Source of the DNA: an uncultured Verrucomicrobiae bacterium | GTDB lineage: Bacteria; Verrucomicrobiota; Verrucomicrobiia; Limisphaerales; Palsa-1400 | Direction: 5' to 3' | Length of the DNA stretch: 64,000 nt | Assembly (NCBI GenBank): GCA_963702845.1 | Contig: OY969763.1 | Location: 4,096,001 to 4,160,000, forward strand | In this document: positions 33,210 through 43,172 of the stretch, in pieces | How the letters are laid out: every line of letters starts with the position of its first letter | How positions within the stretch are numbered: the first letter of the stretch is position 1 | Position numbers and translations under genes: made by a program | Notes under the pieces: generated by a model | Database searches by the model: none | What the model saw: the letters and a program-made list of their open reading frames with translations, nothing else | What the model was told of the DNA's origin: nothing

Positions 33210-33382
33210 TTCAATTGTCCGACTACTCGGTGCTTTTCTCAAAGCGTTCCGGCATGGCCCCGACCGTGCCAACTGGACCTCTGGCGTGGACGCGAACGCA
33301 TGTGATTTCAAAGGGAGCATAGTAAACTCTGTTCGGGGTTAAGTTGCAAGCCAATTTCAGTCAAACTACTATTGCGACAATC

Positions 33383-35117
33383 TTAAAAAAACCTCCGTGC
33401 AGTAAACAGAAAAAGGTTTTCGCCGACCTCAGTTTCGGATTCCCCGCGCCTAGTATTCACATTGGCATACCGGTACAAAAATGTCAGCAACAGGGTCGGG
33501 CTGTATTGATATCGAAGTTCAGCCCGCGCGTCCCAAAGCGTTTCCCGGTCACGCCCAGAATTAGAAAACCGATTCTCGGCATAAGAACTCCCCAAAATGA
33601 TGGTATGACCCGGGGTTGGTCTCCAGATAACTCTGGCCGCAGCGCGGTCTTCGACCGACCCAAATACTCCTTCTTGTTCGGGCAAATAAACCGAGCGTTG
33701 CATGTATAGACGCCCCCACAAATTTGGTCCAAGTACCTTGATGGATAGCGTACCGATATTGATCTCGAATCTCACGTACAGGTTCGGTAATAACTCGTGA
33801 GTAGCTCAATTCCTGTCGCGTTAATGGTGTCGGGGTGTTGATTAGACGGAAACGATAGAACTCGGTGTTCTTAATCAAAGGCCCCCAGGTATAACCACCC
33901 TCCCCGCGGAACCATGTATTATCGGTAACCGGGCCATCGATGCCTGCGCCAAGCTGATGCGTCCATTCCGGATCGTAATTGTAACGATATGCATCGTAAT
34001 AAGCGAAGGGTTTGAAACGCATGCTCTCGCGCTCGTTACGCAGCATGACGAAAACGCGGTCGACGCTGTAATCACTCAATCCAAGACCATTGGTGCCGGC
34101 ATCCCAACCGCTGTGGAACCAATAGTCAGAGTGATTGGCGCCGAAGATAAGTCGCGTTTCCGTCGGCAATACGCGACTGGCGCTGCCAGCGACTGTATTT
34201 TGCAGTTCAAGGAATGTGCGAACGTCCAGGAAGTCCTGCTGGCGTTGAGCCACGCCTTCATTCGGGATTGTCGTTCCGTTTGCGAACACGTAGCGACCCG
34301 CCGAGTCCTCCGCGTGAATACCGCCGGGTTGCTCGATACCACGAACAAATAAATCGTATTCGCCGGCGACGTTTAGGTAATGGACGCTAAAGTCGTCCAC
34401 CACTTGCACGTCCCAATCGGCCAACCGATTATTATAGGCCAATTGCATATGTGTGACAGGACGGAACCGCTCCTCGGCGAGAAATCCAATCGCGTCACCG
34501 ATACCAAAGCCTTCAACACCAAACTCATTGTCGAATGGCAAATATATGATGCTGCCGGATACTGATAGTCGCCATGCCGGAGAGAGCTGAAGAATGGCAG
34601 ACAGCCTCACCGTCAACTCCGCAATAGCCCCCCAATGCGCGTTATTTGGCGAAAAATTGACGTTATCGCTGACCAAAAGGGCGGCATCCACCTCGTGGAC
34701 CCGAAGGAAGAAGGGACCGGCCTGAAAAATTTCATTGGTCGGAGCACCGCGCCTAAACCGACGGATGTTATCACCGATGCCGAACAACGGCCGCAGATTA
34801 AGACCCGTCCCGAATGTCGCCGAAGTATTTTCTCCGATGTGCGCATACTCACGACCGCGAAACGAAACAGTGCTGAAGGCGCTGCGCCGCTGTGCGTAAG
34901 GATTGATGACAGGATCACCTGTGACATCCGAACTGATAAACGTTCCATCCGACTCCTGAACACCCATTTCAAATCCGGGTTCTTTTACTTGAGTGACCGC
35001 CGGAATTTCCCCGCTGTGTTGGGCCGGAACCTGGCCGAAGCAAGAAAGCGCCGCGACAAGCAATGTCAGCAGCGCGAACACCCGCGAACCGAACCCGCCT
35101 CTAAAAGGCTTTAACAT
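33383..35117 (-). CDS. Outer-membrane beta-barrel protein of the polysaccharide export operon (one frameshift near 33736, likely an error)
   Basis: Signal peptide; amphipathic beta-strands rich in Tyr/Gly; ORF 33561-35156 continues in ORF 33383-33775, which ends LFLFTARRFF (terminal Phe). Confidence 0.7.
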
Positions 35118-35204
35118 CGAGGTGAAACCGAGCGCGTTCCAGAATATAAAACTCACTCAGCCTGGTTGTGCTTCACTCAACTGAATTGGCCTCTAGGATA
35201 CGTG

Positions 35205-35465
35205 TTACTTCTTTTTGATGAAGCTCAGCAACGCGGATTGACGTCCTTCAGGCATGGAGAAAGGCAAATAGATCAATACCCCAATCACCGGCAGACAAAT
35301 AACCAACAAAACCCAAAACAGCCGCTGCTTCTTTGAGAAAGGCTGGCTGTAAATGCTGGAAATGGCGGTGCCGATAACCACCAGCCAAATCGCAACCAGA
35401 CAAATGAACATCTGATCGTTGAATTTGACGGCATCCAAACTGAACCGATTTAAACTCTCTCTCAT
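35205..35465 (-). CDS. Small two-TM PLDc N-terminal-domain protein
   Basis: KKQRLFWVLLVICLPVIGVLIYL motif. Confidence 0.75.
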   Translation of the reverse strand: MRESLNRFSLDAVKFNDQMFICLVAIWLVVIGTAISSIYSQPFSKKQRLFWVLLVICLPVIGVLIYLPFSMPEGRQSALLSFIKKK

Positions 35466-35617
35466 ACGATTGCGGAAGTTGCGAATATCAGGCCTACAAG
35501 CCGCCCTTATATGCCAGTAGGGTGGGAAAATCCACTAGAAGAGTCAATTCGAAACTGTGTGGAAGATGGAGGCGAATCGCGGAGCGCACCCGCGATGGGG
35601 GCCCTCCGGAAAACGTT

Positions 35618-36724
35618 TTATTGCACCGGTTTGCCCATGCCGTGGGCTAATTCCCAGAGGTTCTTGAGATCGTCGTAACATTCCTTCCATTCAATTTCGT
35701 CTGGCAACGTCGGCGCAATCGCCTTCAGCGCATCAATCCGGCTTTCGATAATCGGCAGGTCTTCAAGCGTCGGGTGCTTTCGATCAGGTAAGCCCGTTTC
35801 ATTCAAGTCGTCGATCAAATCCTGGCGCTCGGACTTTGGCAAACTCTCGTCATGAACGGCATCATACCAATATTTTTCGGCTTCCGGGTTAACTCCCACC
35901 ATCGCTAGCGCCTCTCGCGCCAATGGATCCTGCACCACCTTCTTTTTACTGCCTGTCTCCTGTTCCGCCGCCGCTTGTGCCTTGGCGTCCTGCTGAATTT
36001 GTTCTTTGGTGCGCAACACCTGGTGCGACTTTAAAACCACGTCACCTTCGCCGGGCAGTTCACGCACACAACCGATGCCGAATGCAAAATATTTGTATTC
36101 GACATCTCCCTCAGCGAGCGTTTCTTTCACCTTCAAACAATTTCTATACTTGCCCGCCGGCACAATCACTGCCTCAGTGGCCGAAACCACTTCGTCGTCC
36201 TCATGAATCTCTTTGTTCACGTCTTCGGATTTGAACTTCGTTCCAACACGCGGGCGCGCAGGCATGATCACTCCAGGTGTTTTTGCATCTTTGCCAAACA
36301 ACCATGAGCCGGAGTGCCCAACCACCTTGCCATCTTTGTATTCGTCGACATCTTCTCCCAGATACAAAACGGTGCCATCGTCGGCCTGTGCGAAGTAATC
36401 CATCGCCACTTCCTCCAATTCACCGTTTTTAAATTCGCGATCTTCCACCGCTAACGCTTCGATCTTCTGCTCGCCGACAGTGAAGGTCTTGTGCAAATCG
36501 GGTTTGGTGGTTCTCTCGATTCGCACCGCGGCGGAACCTTCGCGGCCTTCCAAAATATCCTGTTTCAGCGATGCCAGCGGCAGAAATGGATTCGTGATGT
36601 TGCGAGGATCGGAAAACTTCAGTTCAGTCACCGGCTTGTTCGCCGCCGATGCTGACAAAGTGACGGCCGTTAAAGCAGCCAACGCGGACGCCGCAACCAA
36701 GTAGTTCGCCAAATTAGTTTTCAT
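35618..36724 (-). CDS. Secreted hypothetical protein
   Basis: Signal peptide; ITNPFLPL, DYFAQADDGTVLYLGE and VPAGKY motifs; helical C-terminal domain. Confidence 0.75.
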   Translation of the reverse strand: MKTNLANYLVAASALAALTAVTLSASAANKPVTELKFSDPRNITNPFLPLASLKQDILEGREGSAAVRIERTTKPDLHKTFTVGEQKIEALAVEDREFKNGELEEVAMDYFAQADDGTVLYLGEDVDEYKDGKVVGHSGSWLFGKDAKTPGVIMPARPRVGTKFKSEDVNKEIHEDDEVVSATEAVIVPAGKYRNCLKVKETLAEGDVEYKYFAFGIGCVRELPGEGDVVLKSHQVLRTKEQIQQDAKAQAAAEQETGSKKKVVQDPLAREALAMVGVNPEAEKYWYDAVHDESLPKSERQDLIDDLNETGLPDRKHPTLEDLPIIESRIDALKAIAPTLPDEIEWKECYDDLKNLWELAHGMGKPVQ

Positions 36725-36865
36725 AAGCACAATCTTTGGAACTCCGCCAATCTATATCTATTCGGATGACAAGAAAATAGCCGAAACCATGACAGTTTGT
36801 TAACATGGACCGAACCACAGCCCGCGCTTTCTTTCCCCTGAATCGTGACTACAATATCCCCTTAC

Positions 36866-37963
36866 ATGCGTTTGAAGATAAATCAGTTTTCAACCTCGAC
36901 CGTTGGGTCTGTGCTGCTGGCCGTTTGCTGCTCGGCTTTCCTGAGCGCCTGCAATAAATCCGCGCAGCCCAGCGAAGTCGGGACGACCAACTCCGCTGCT
37001 GCCCCGGCCAACGATCGCAGTTGGACCAACGACATGGTTTGGGTCCCGCCAGGAAAATTCATGATGGGTAGCACCAATGGCCAGACCGATGAAGTGCCTG
37101 TTCACGAGCTCACCATGGACGGATTTTGGATGGATAAAACCGAAGTTAGTAACGAGCAATTCGAGAAATTCGTTAAAGCCACCGCCTACGTCACCGTCGC
37201 CGAACGCAAACCCGATCCAAAAGATTTCCCCGGTGTGCCCGAAGAAAACCTCGTGGCCGGCGCGATTGTCTTCAGCCCGCCAACTCTCGACGACGTCAAT
37301 AAAATGCGTTCTGAAGATGGCCTCGAGCCGGTGAAAGAAATTCCGCTCGATAACCATTCGCTTTGGTGGAAATACGTCCCTGGCGCAAATTGGCGTCACC
37401 CTCAAGGCACGAACTCGAGTATCAACGCCCTTGCAAAACATCCCGTCGTGCAAGTCTGTTGGGAGGATGCGCTGGCCTACTGTAAATGGGCCGGCAAACG
37501 TTTACCCACTGAAGCCGAATGGGAATACGGCGCGCGCGGTGGGTTGACCAACGCCCCCTTTACCTGGGGCAACGAAATCACGCCAAAGGGCAAATGGAAC
37601 GGCAATATTTGGCAGGGCCATTTCCCGAGCGAAAACACTTCTGCCGACGGCTTCCCCGGCACGTCACCTGTTGCGACCTTTCCACCAAATGGCTTCGGCT
37701 TGTACGACATGGCCGGCAACGTCTGGGAATGGTGCGCCGATTGGTATCACCCTGATTATTTCGCCCAAAGCCCTGCGAAAAATCCACCCGGACCAGAAGA
37801 CAGCTACGATCCGAACGAACCCGGCGTGCAAAAACGCGTCATGCGCGGCGGCTCGTACCTGTGCAGCGACGTTTACTGCACCGGCTATCGTCCGAGCGCT
37901 CGCATGAAATCGTCTCCTGATACCGCGCTCTCGCACACCGGTTTCCGTTGCGTGAAAAACTGA
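36866..37963 (+). CDS. Formylglycine-generating enzyme family (SUMF1) lipoprotein
   Basis: RLPTEAEWEY, GLYDMAGNVWEW, RGGSYLCSDVYCTGYRPSAR and HTGFRC motifs; lipobox LSAC. Confidence 0.92.
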   Translation: MRLKINQFSTSTVGSVLLAVCCSAFLSACNKSAQPSEVGTTNSAAAPANDRSWTNDMVWVPPGKFMMGSTNGQTDEVPVHELTMDGFWMDKTEVSNEQFEKFVKATAYVTVAERKPDPKDFPGVPEENLVAGAIVFSPPTLDDVNKMRSEDGLEPVKEIPLDNHSLWWKYVPGANWRHPQGTNSSINALAKHPVVQVCWEDALAYCKWAGKRLPTEAEWEYGARGGLTNAPFTWGNEITPKGKWNGNIWQGHFPSENTSADGFPGTSPVATFPPNGFGLYDMAGNVWEWCADWYHPDYFAQSPAKNPPGPEDSYDPNEPGVQKRVMRGGSYLCSDVYCTGYRPSARMKSSPDTALSHTGFRCVKN

Positions 37964-37964
37964 A

Positions 37965-40301
37965 ATGGCGAAACCGGCAACAACCAGTTCGTCGAACGAG
38001 ACCAAACTCGTGCTCTATATTTGCGCGTTTCTAACGCTGAGCACGCTCGCAATTTATTGGCCGATTACGCATCACGATTTCGTTAACTTCGACGACTTCG
38101 ATTTCGTTACCGAAAACCCACACGTCCAGGCCGGCCTGACCTGGGACAGCATCAAATGGGCGTTCTCACTGAAAACCGAAGTCGCGCGCAACTGGCATCC
38201 GCTGACGATGCTGACGCATATGTTCGACTGCCAGCTCTTCGGCCTGAAAGCTGGCATGCACCATTCGGTCACCCTGCTCTACCACGTCGCCAACACGCTG
38301 CTGCTCTTTTTCCTTCTGCGCAAAATGACAGGCGCGATGTGGCGCAGTGCCATCGTTGCAATGCTTTTCGCACTGCATCCATTGCATGTCGAGTCGGTCG
38401 CATGGACCGCCGAACGCAAAGATGTTTTGAGCACTCTGTTTTGGTTGCTCGTGATGTGGGCTTACGTCGACTACGCCCGCACAGGCAGCAAAACAAAATA
38501 CGTCCTGACGTTTGTTTTCCTCGCACTCGGTTTGATGTCGAAGCCCATGCTCGTCACGATGCCCTTCGTCCTGTTGCTGATGGATTATTGGCCCCTTCGC
38601 CGCTTCGCGTTTTTTCGTATTAACCGGCCTGAGGAAGCTCAAAAATCCAAGAGCACAAAACCAGCAACCGCCAACACACCCGCGCCAATTCCGGTGCTGC
38701 GTCTCGTTCTGGAGAAAATCCCGCTCTTCATCCTCAGCCTTCTCCTTTGCGTCATCACGTTCAATATTCAAAAATCCGGCGGTGCGATGCAGATGACGGA
38801 ATACCTTCCACTGGGCGCACGCGTCGGCAACGCGTTGGTTTCATACGCCAAATACATCATCAAAATGTTTTGGCCGGACAACCTTGCGGGTCTTTACTTG
38901 CGTCACGGGGACTGGCCCATCGCAAATGTCGTTGCTGCTGCGTTGCTACTAATCGTTCTCACCGTGACCGCGATCGTGTTCGCCAAGCGGAAACCATATT
39001 TCACCTTCGGTTGGTTTTATTTTATCGGAACACTCGTCCCGGTGATCGGTATTATTCAAGTCGGCATGCAATCGATGGCCGACCGTTTCACTTACATTCC
39101 CATGACCGGCTTGTTTATCATTGTAGTCTGGGGCATCGCCGACATCGCCGACATTTCGAAGACCTATTCACTTCCAAAACTCGCACTCGCTGCCGCCACG
39201 ATTGCCGCTTTCGTAGCCTGTGCCGCAATGACCAGTCACATCATCCCATTCTGGAAAAATAGCGACACCCTCTTTCACCGCATGATCGCGATCGATCAAA
39301 ACAACTTTCTCGCCCACTATAATTTGGGGAATTTCTATTCGCGCGCCGGGGACAAGCAAACTGCTATTAACGAATACGAAGCCGCGCTCAAAGCCGAACC
39401 GAATTACGTGGAAGCCCACAACAATCTCGCCGGAATCCTGCAAGAGCAGCACCGCCACGACGAAGCGATTGCCCATTACAAAGACGCCGCCCGTCTCAGC
39501 CCCGATCCGACATACGTCGTCAATCTCGCTAACGGTTACGTAAACGCTTCACGCTATTCCGACGCCATGCCGCTCTACGAAGAAGCGCTTCGTAAAAACC
39601 CACAAGCGACCAACGCTCGCACCAATGCCGCGCTCACCCACGTTGCCTGGGCCAACCAACTGGCCAACTCCAACAACCTGGTCGCAGCCGAATCACATTA
39701 TTTATCGGCGCTCCAACTCAACCCTATCTACGCCGACGCGGCGGCGGGCCTGGGGTTGTGTTACGCGCGCGAAGGCAGGATGCAGGAAGCCGGTGAGCAA
39801 TTGATCAATGCGGGTCGTTTACGCGGCGAGCCAAAAGCAACCAAACCTGAACTGCTCGCGCAGCTCGCCCTCGCCAACCACTTATCGAGCGCAAACAAAT
39901 TGGAAGAAGCGATCCCACATTACACTGCCGCCACCCGACTCGACCCCGACAACACCGAAGCGCACAACGGTCTCGGTATTTGCTATGCGATGCTCGGAAA
40001 AATGGATGATGCGGCAAAACAATTTGCTGAAATCCTGCGACTGCAACCCAATGAATCCGGGGCGCACATGAACCTCGCCAACGCCCTCTCTGCGCAAAAG
40101 AAAATCGACGAAGCCATCCCGCATTACATGGCCGCGATCAAAAGCAATCCCAACGATTCCCAAGCCCATTTCAACCTCGCGCTCTCGATGACTCAGGTCG
40201 GTCGCAAGGCCGAAGCGATCGACGAATACAAAAAAGCGCTGAGCCTCAATCCGAACTACACCGAGGCCAAACGCGCCCTCGCCGAGTTGCATCCGCAATA
40301 A
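37965..40301 (+). CDS. TMTC-like GT-C membrane protein with C-terminal TPR repeats
   Basis: NFDD, NWHPLT, FALHPLHVESVAW.AERKD, GLMSKP and ADRFTY motifs; multiple TPRs (AHYNLG, AHNGLG). Confidence 0.85.
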   Translation: MAKPATTSSSNETKLVLYICAFLTLSTLAIYWPITHHDFVNFDDFDFVTENPHVQAGLTWDSIKWAFSLKTEVARNWHPLTMLTHMFDCQLFGLKAGMHHSVTLLYHVANTLLLFFLLRKMTGAMWRSAIVAMLFALHPLHVESVAWTAERKDVLSTLFWLLVMWAYVDYARTGSKTKYVLTFVFLALGLMSKPMLVTMPFVLLLMDYWPLRRFAFFRINRPEEAQKSKSTKPATANTPAPIPVLRLVLEKIPLFILSLLLCVITFNIQKSGGAMQMTEYLPLGARVGNALVSYAKYIIKMFWPDNLAGLYLRHGDWPIANVVAAALLLIVLTVTAIVFAKRKPYFTFGWFYFIGTLVPVIGIIQVGMQSMADRFTYIPMTGLFIIVVWGIADIADISKTYSLPKLALAAATIAAFVACAAMTSHIIPFWKNSDTLFHRMIAIDQNNFLAHYNLGNFYSRAGDKQTAINEYEAALKAEPNYVEAHNNLAGILQEQHRHDEAIAHYKDAARLSPDPTYVVNLANGYVNASRYSDAMPLYEEALRKNPQATNARTNAALTHVAWANQLANSNNLVAAESHYLSALQLNPIYADAAAGLGLCYAREGRMQEAGEQLINAGRLRGEPKATKPELLAQLALANHLSSANKLEEAIPHYTAATRLDPDNTEAHNGLGICYAMLGKMDDAAKQFAEILRLQPNESGAHMNLANALSAQKKIDEAIPHYMAAIKSNPNDSQAHFNLALSMTQVGRKAEAIDEYKKALSLNPNYTEAKRALAELHPQ

Positions 40302-40358
40302 GGCGAAAATTATTTCCATGCAAAACGGTCGAGTTTCGTCTTTGATGATGTCGCCCAG

Positions 40359-42635
40359 ATGAGTTTCTCAAAATTCCTATCTTTTGTCGCCGCGCTGCTA
40401 TGGTCGGCGATGAGCATGTTTGCCCAACAAAATTTTCTGCCCGATCCGGGCTTCGAGGCCCCCGACAAAAACGGCCCGCCGTCCGATGGCTGGTGGGTTT
40501 ACAGTAAACGTGGGGAAGCGCACGCAATCGTCGACAAGAAAACCGCGCACAGCGGCAAGCAATCCGTGCGCTTATCTGGCACCCCTGATGCACGCTTTGT
40601 TTTTCTCAGCCCAAAACTTCAGGTTGCGAATGAAGACGAAATTATCTTTAGCGGCTGGATTCGATACGATCGCGAGCAGGACACAAACAACGCAGGAATA
40701 AGTATTACCTTTCGCGATCGGGAAAACCGGATCGTGGATCGCACCCGCGTTTCGCCACCGCACAGCAATCCGGGCCAATGGCAACTTCTGAAATCGTCGG
40801 CGAAAGCTCCACCCCGGGCCGCTGTCGCTGACTTCGAGTTTTTTGGTTCCAATTTGGTCGGGTCGGTGTGGGCTGATGACGTCAGCGCGGTCGTCACAAG
40901 TCCGCAGTCGATGTTCCTCGATACGGAACCAAAACCCTGGCCCGGACAGCACGAAATTAACGTTCGCATCATCAACCGCCAGACAGGTGATTTTCACGGC
41001 ACTTTGCGTTTGAGCACGGACGAGCACGCTACGGATTTGCCAGTCATCATCCCGCGGCGCTCGACTAAAAAGATCAATGTCCCGATAACTTTATCCAACC
41101 CAGGCGCACACCATTACTGCATCGCTCTGCTCGACACAGCCGGAAAGCGTCCGCGCAGTGTCGAAGGAACATTCCATATTAGTCAGCCACTAACGGTTTT
41201 CCCCGCATGCCCGTCGTATCTCAACATCGCTCCCGGCGCATCTGACGTTCGCGTCGACGCTCGAGTCATTGTGAATCCATCGCAACGCTCGCGACTGCGG
41301 CTTGCAACAACCTTGCGCGACAGTTCTGGCAAACAAATCGCGGAAAGCACCGTCGAGTCCTCACACGGAGAATTTGTCGGCACGAAGCTCCACGTCCCAA
41401 CTACAACCGAAGCTACTTACACTGTTTCCGTTCGATTGCTCACGCGCGACGGCGCGGAAATCGCAAACGGCGAGACCGACGTCCACATCCATCCCGCTGC
41501 CGACTCCGTTGTCACAACCGATCGCAACGGCTTCTTTCGCGTCGCCGGCCAACCGGAATTCCCAATCGGTCTGTATAGCTGCTCGCATTACGACGAAATG
41601 GCTGCTGCCGGTTTTTCCGCCACGCACAGTTACTCCATCACCCTTGGTGATGCCGCCGATCCAATCAACGCCACCGACGCCGATGTGAAACGTTTGCTGG
41701 ATCAAAACGCAAAATATCACATGCGCATGATGGTCGAACTGCCACGTCACGCCATTGAGAAGGCGCAATGGGCGCAGGTCCGGCGCCGCATCGAAACATT
41801 TCGCAACCATCCGGGCTTACTCTGCTGGGGGTCCGAAGAACGCGTCGCTCGAGGTGAAACGGCGCTCAAGAATATCGTCACACTTTACAAGCTCGTGCAC
41901 GAATTAGACCCCAATCACCCGCTCGTTCTCGGCGACACCCGCGACATAATTCAACACTTGATGGTCGATCGCCAAAACTTTTTCCCCGACCAGGCCATGG
42001 ACGCGGGCATTTGGTGGTGGTATCCGATTCCGCTCGACGGTGCCGATGGCGAACCAATCAACGGTCAGGAAAAGGTGTCGAAAATGCTGGAGCCACCGGC
42101 GTGGCTCACCACAACCACTTCGAAGAAGCCGCTCTGGATCGCGATTCAATCGTATCAACATCCCAAAAAAGATGCGCAGTTTCCTACGCCCGCTGAATAT
42201 CGCTGCATGGCCTATCTCAGCATCATCAACAAAGTGCGCGGCCTATGGTTCTATACCGGCTCTGGCCAAAAAGATTTCTACGGCCATCAGGCGGGAATCT
42301 TGAACAAACCTGAAGAAGGTCACTGGGATTATGTGAAGCAACTCGTGCACGAACTTCGCGAGCTAAGCCCGGTCATCATGTCACCCACCGTGTCTGGTGT
42401 TGCCTTGTCGCCCGCAAATCCGGCCATCGAATTCAGCGCCCACGAACTCGATCACAAACGTTACCTGTTCGCCGCAAACAAGAGTTCACAGCCGCAAACA
42501 ACGCATTTCACCAGCGCGGCGTTTGCGGGAAAACAAGCGCGTGTGCTCTATGAACGGCACACGGCGACCGTCGATGGGACCACCTTAACGGATACGTTCG
42601 AACCGTTCGGCACCCACGTGTATCGCGTCGAGTAA
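40359..42635 (+). CDS. Secreted modular carbohydrate-active protein (CBM-like N-terminus plus putative TIM barrel)
   Basis: Signal peptide; N.LPDPGFE...AHSGKQS...VWADDV CBM4/9-like region; FPIGLY, HPGLLCW, DPNHP and PTPAEYRCMAYL motifs. Confidence 0.65.
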   Translation: MSFSKFLSFVAALLWSAMSMFAQQNFLPDPGFEAPDKNGPPSDGWWVYSKRGEAHAIVDKKTAHSGKQSVRLSGTPDARFVFLSPKLQVANEDEIIFSGWIRYDREQDTNNAGISITFRDRENRIVDRTRVSPPHSNPGQWQLLKSSAKAPPRAAVADFEFFGSNLVGSVWADDVSAVVTSPQSMFLDTEPKPWPGQHEINVRIINRQTGDFHGTLRLSTDEHATDLPVIIPRRSTKKINVPITLSNPGAHHYCIALLDTAGKRPRSVEGTFHISQPLTVFPACPSYLNIAPGASDVRVDARVIVNPSQRSRLRLATTLRDSSGKQIAESTVESSHGEFVGTKLHVPTTTEATYTVSVRLLTRDGAEIANGETDVHIHPAADSVVTTDRNGFFRVAGQPEFPIGLYSCSHYDEMAAAGFSATHSYSITLGDAADPINATDADVKRLLDQNAKYHMRMMVELPRHAIEKAQWAQVRRRIETFRNHPGLLCWGSEERVARGETALKNIVTLYKLVHELDPNHPLVLGDTRDIIQHLMVDRQNFFPDQAMDAGIWWWYPIPLDGADGEPINGQEKVSKMLEPPAWLTTTTSKKPLWIAIQSYQHPKKDAQFPTPAEYRCMAYLSIINKVRGLWFYTGSGQKDFYGHQAGILNKPEEGHWDYVKQLVHELRELSPVIMSPTVSGVALSPANPAIEFSAHELDHKRYLFAANKSSQPQTTHFTSAAFAGKQARVLYERHTATVDGTTLTDTFEPFGTHVYRVE

Positions 42636-42638
42636 AAC

Positions 42639-43154
42639 TTATTTCACCGAATCAGCCGGCACAATTTTCACGCTCTCAACCGAAACTCGCGTCATCGGCT
42701 TGCTGCGTTCGCCGCTGTTGCTTTGGCCAACGGCCGTATCGCCGATTTTTCCGAGCACATCGTCACCCTTGACCAACTGGCCAAACGCCGTGTATTGCCG
42801 ATCCAGGAATCGTGCGTCGCCGAGGCAAACGAAAAACTGTGACCCGGCCGAGTCAGGATTTTGCGAGCGCGCCATCGAAAGGACACCGCGCACATGCGCT
42901 TTATCGTTGAACTCCGCCTTAACCTTGTAACCCGGATCACCGGTGCCCCAACGATCTTCCATGGCGGGATCCTTCGTCAACGGATCGCCACCCTGGATCA
43001 TGAATCCCTTCACGATGCGATGGAAACACGTTCCATCGTAAAAACCTTTTTTCGCGAGGGTCTTAAAATTCTCGACCGTTTTGGGCGCGACGTCCGGCCA
43101 AAAGCCGACGACCATCTCGCCCACATTCGTTTTAATTACAGCAACTTCGTCCAT
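42639..43154 (-). CDS. Cyclophilin-type peptidyl-prolyl isomerase (cytoplasmic)
   Basis: FHRIVKGFMIQGGD, LSMARS and SAGSQFF motifs. Confidence 0.95.
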   Translation of the reverse strand: MDEVAVIKTNVGEMVVGFWPDVAPKTVENFKTLAKKGFYDGTCFHRIVKGFMIQGGDPLTKDPAMEDRWGTGDPGYKVKAEFNDKAHVRGVLSMARSQNPDSAGSQFFVCLGDARFLDRQYTAFGQLVKGDDVLGKIGDTAVGQSNSGERSKPMTRVSVESVKIVPADSVK

Positions 43155-43172
43155 AAATTTTCTTTCGTTTGC

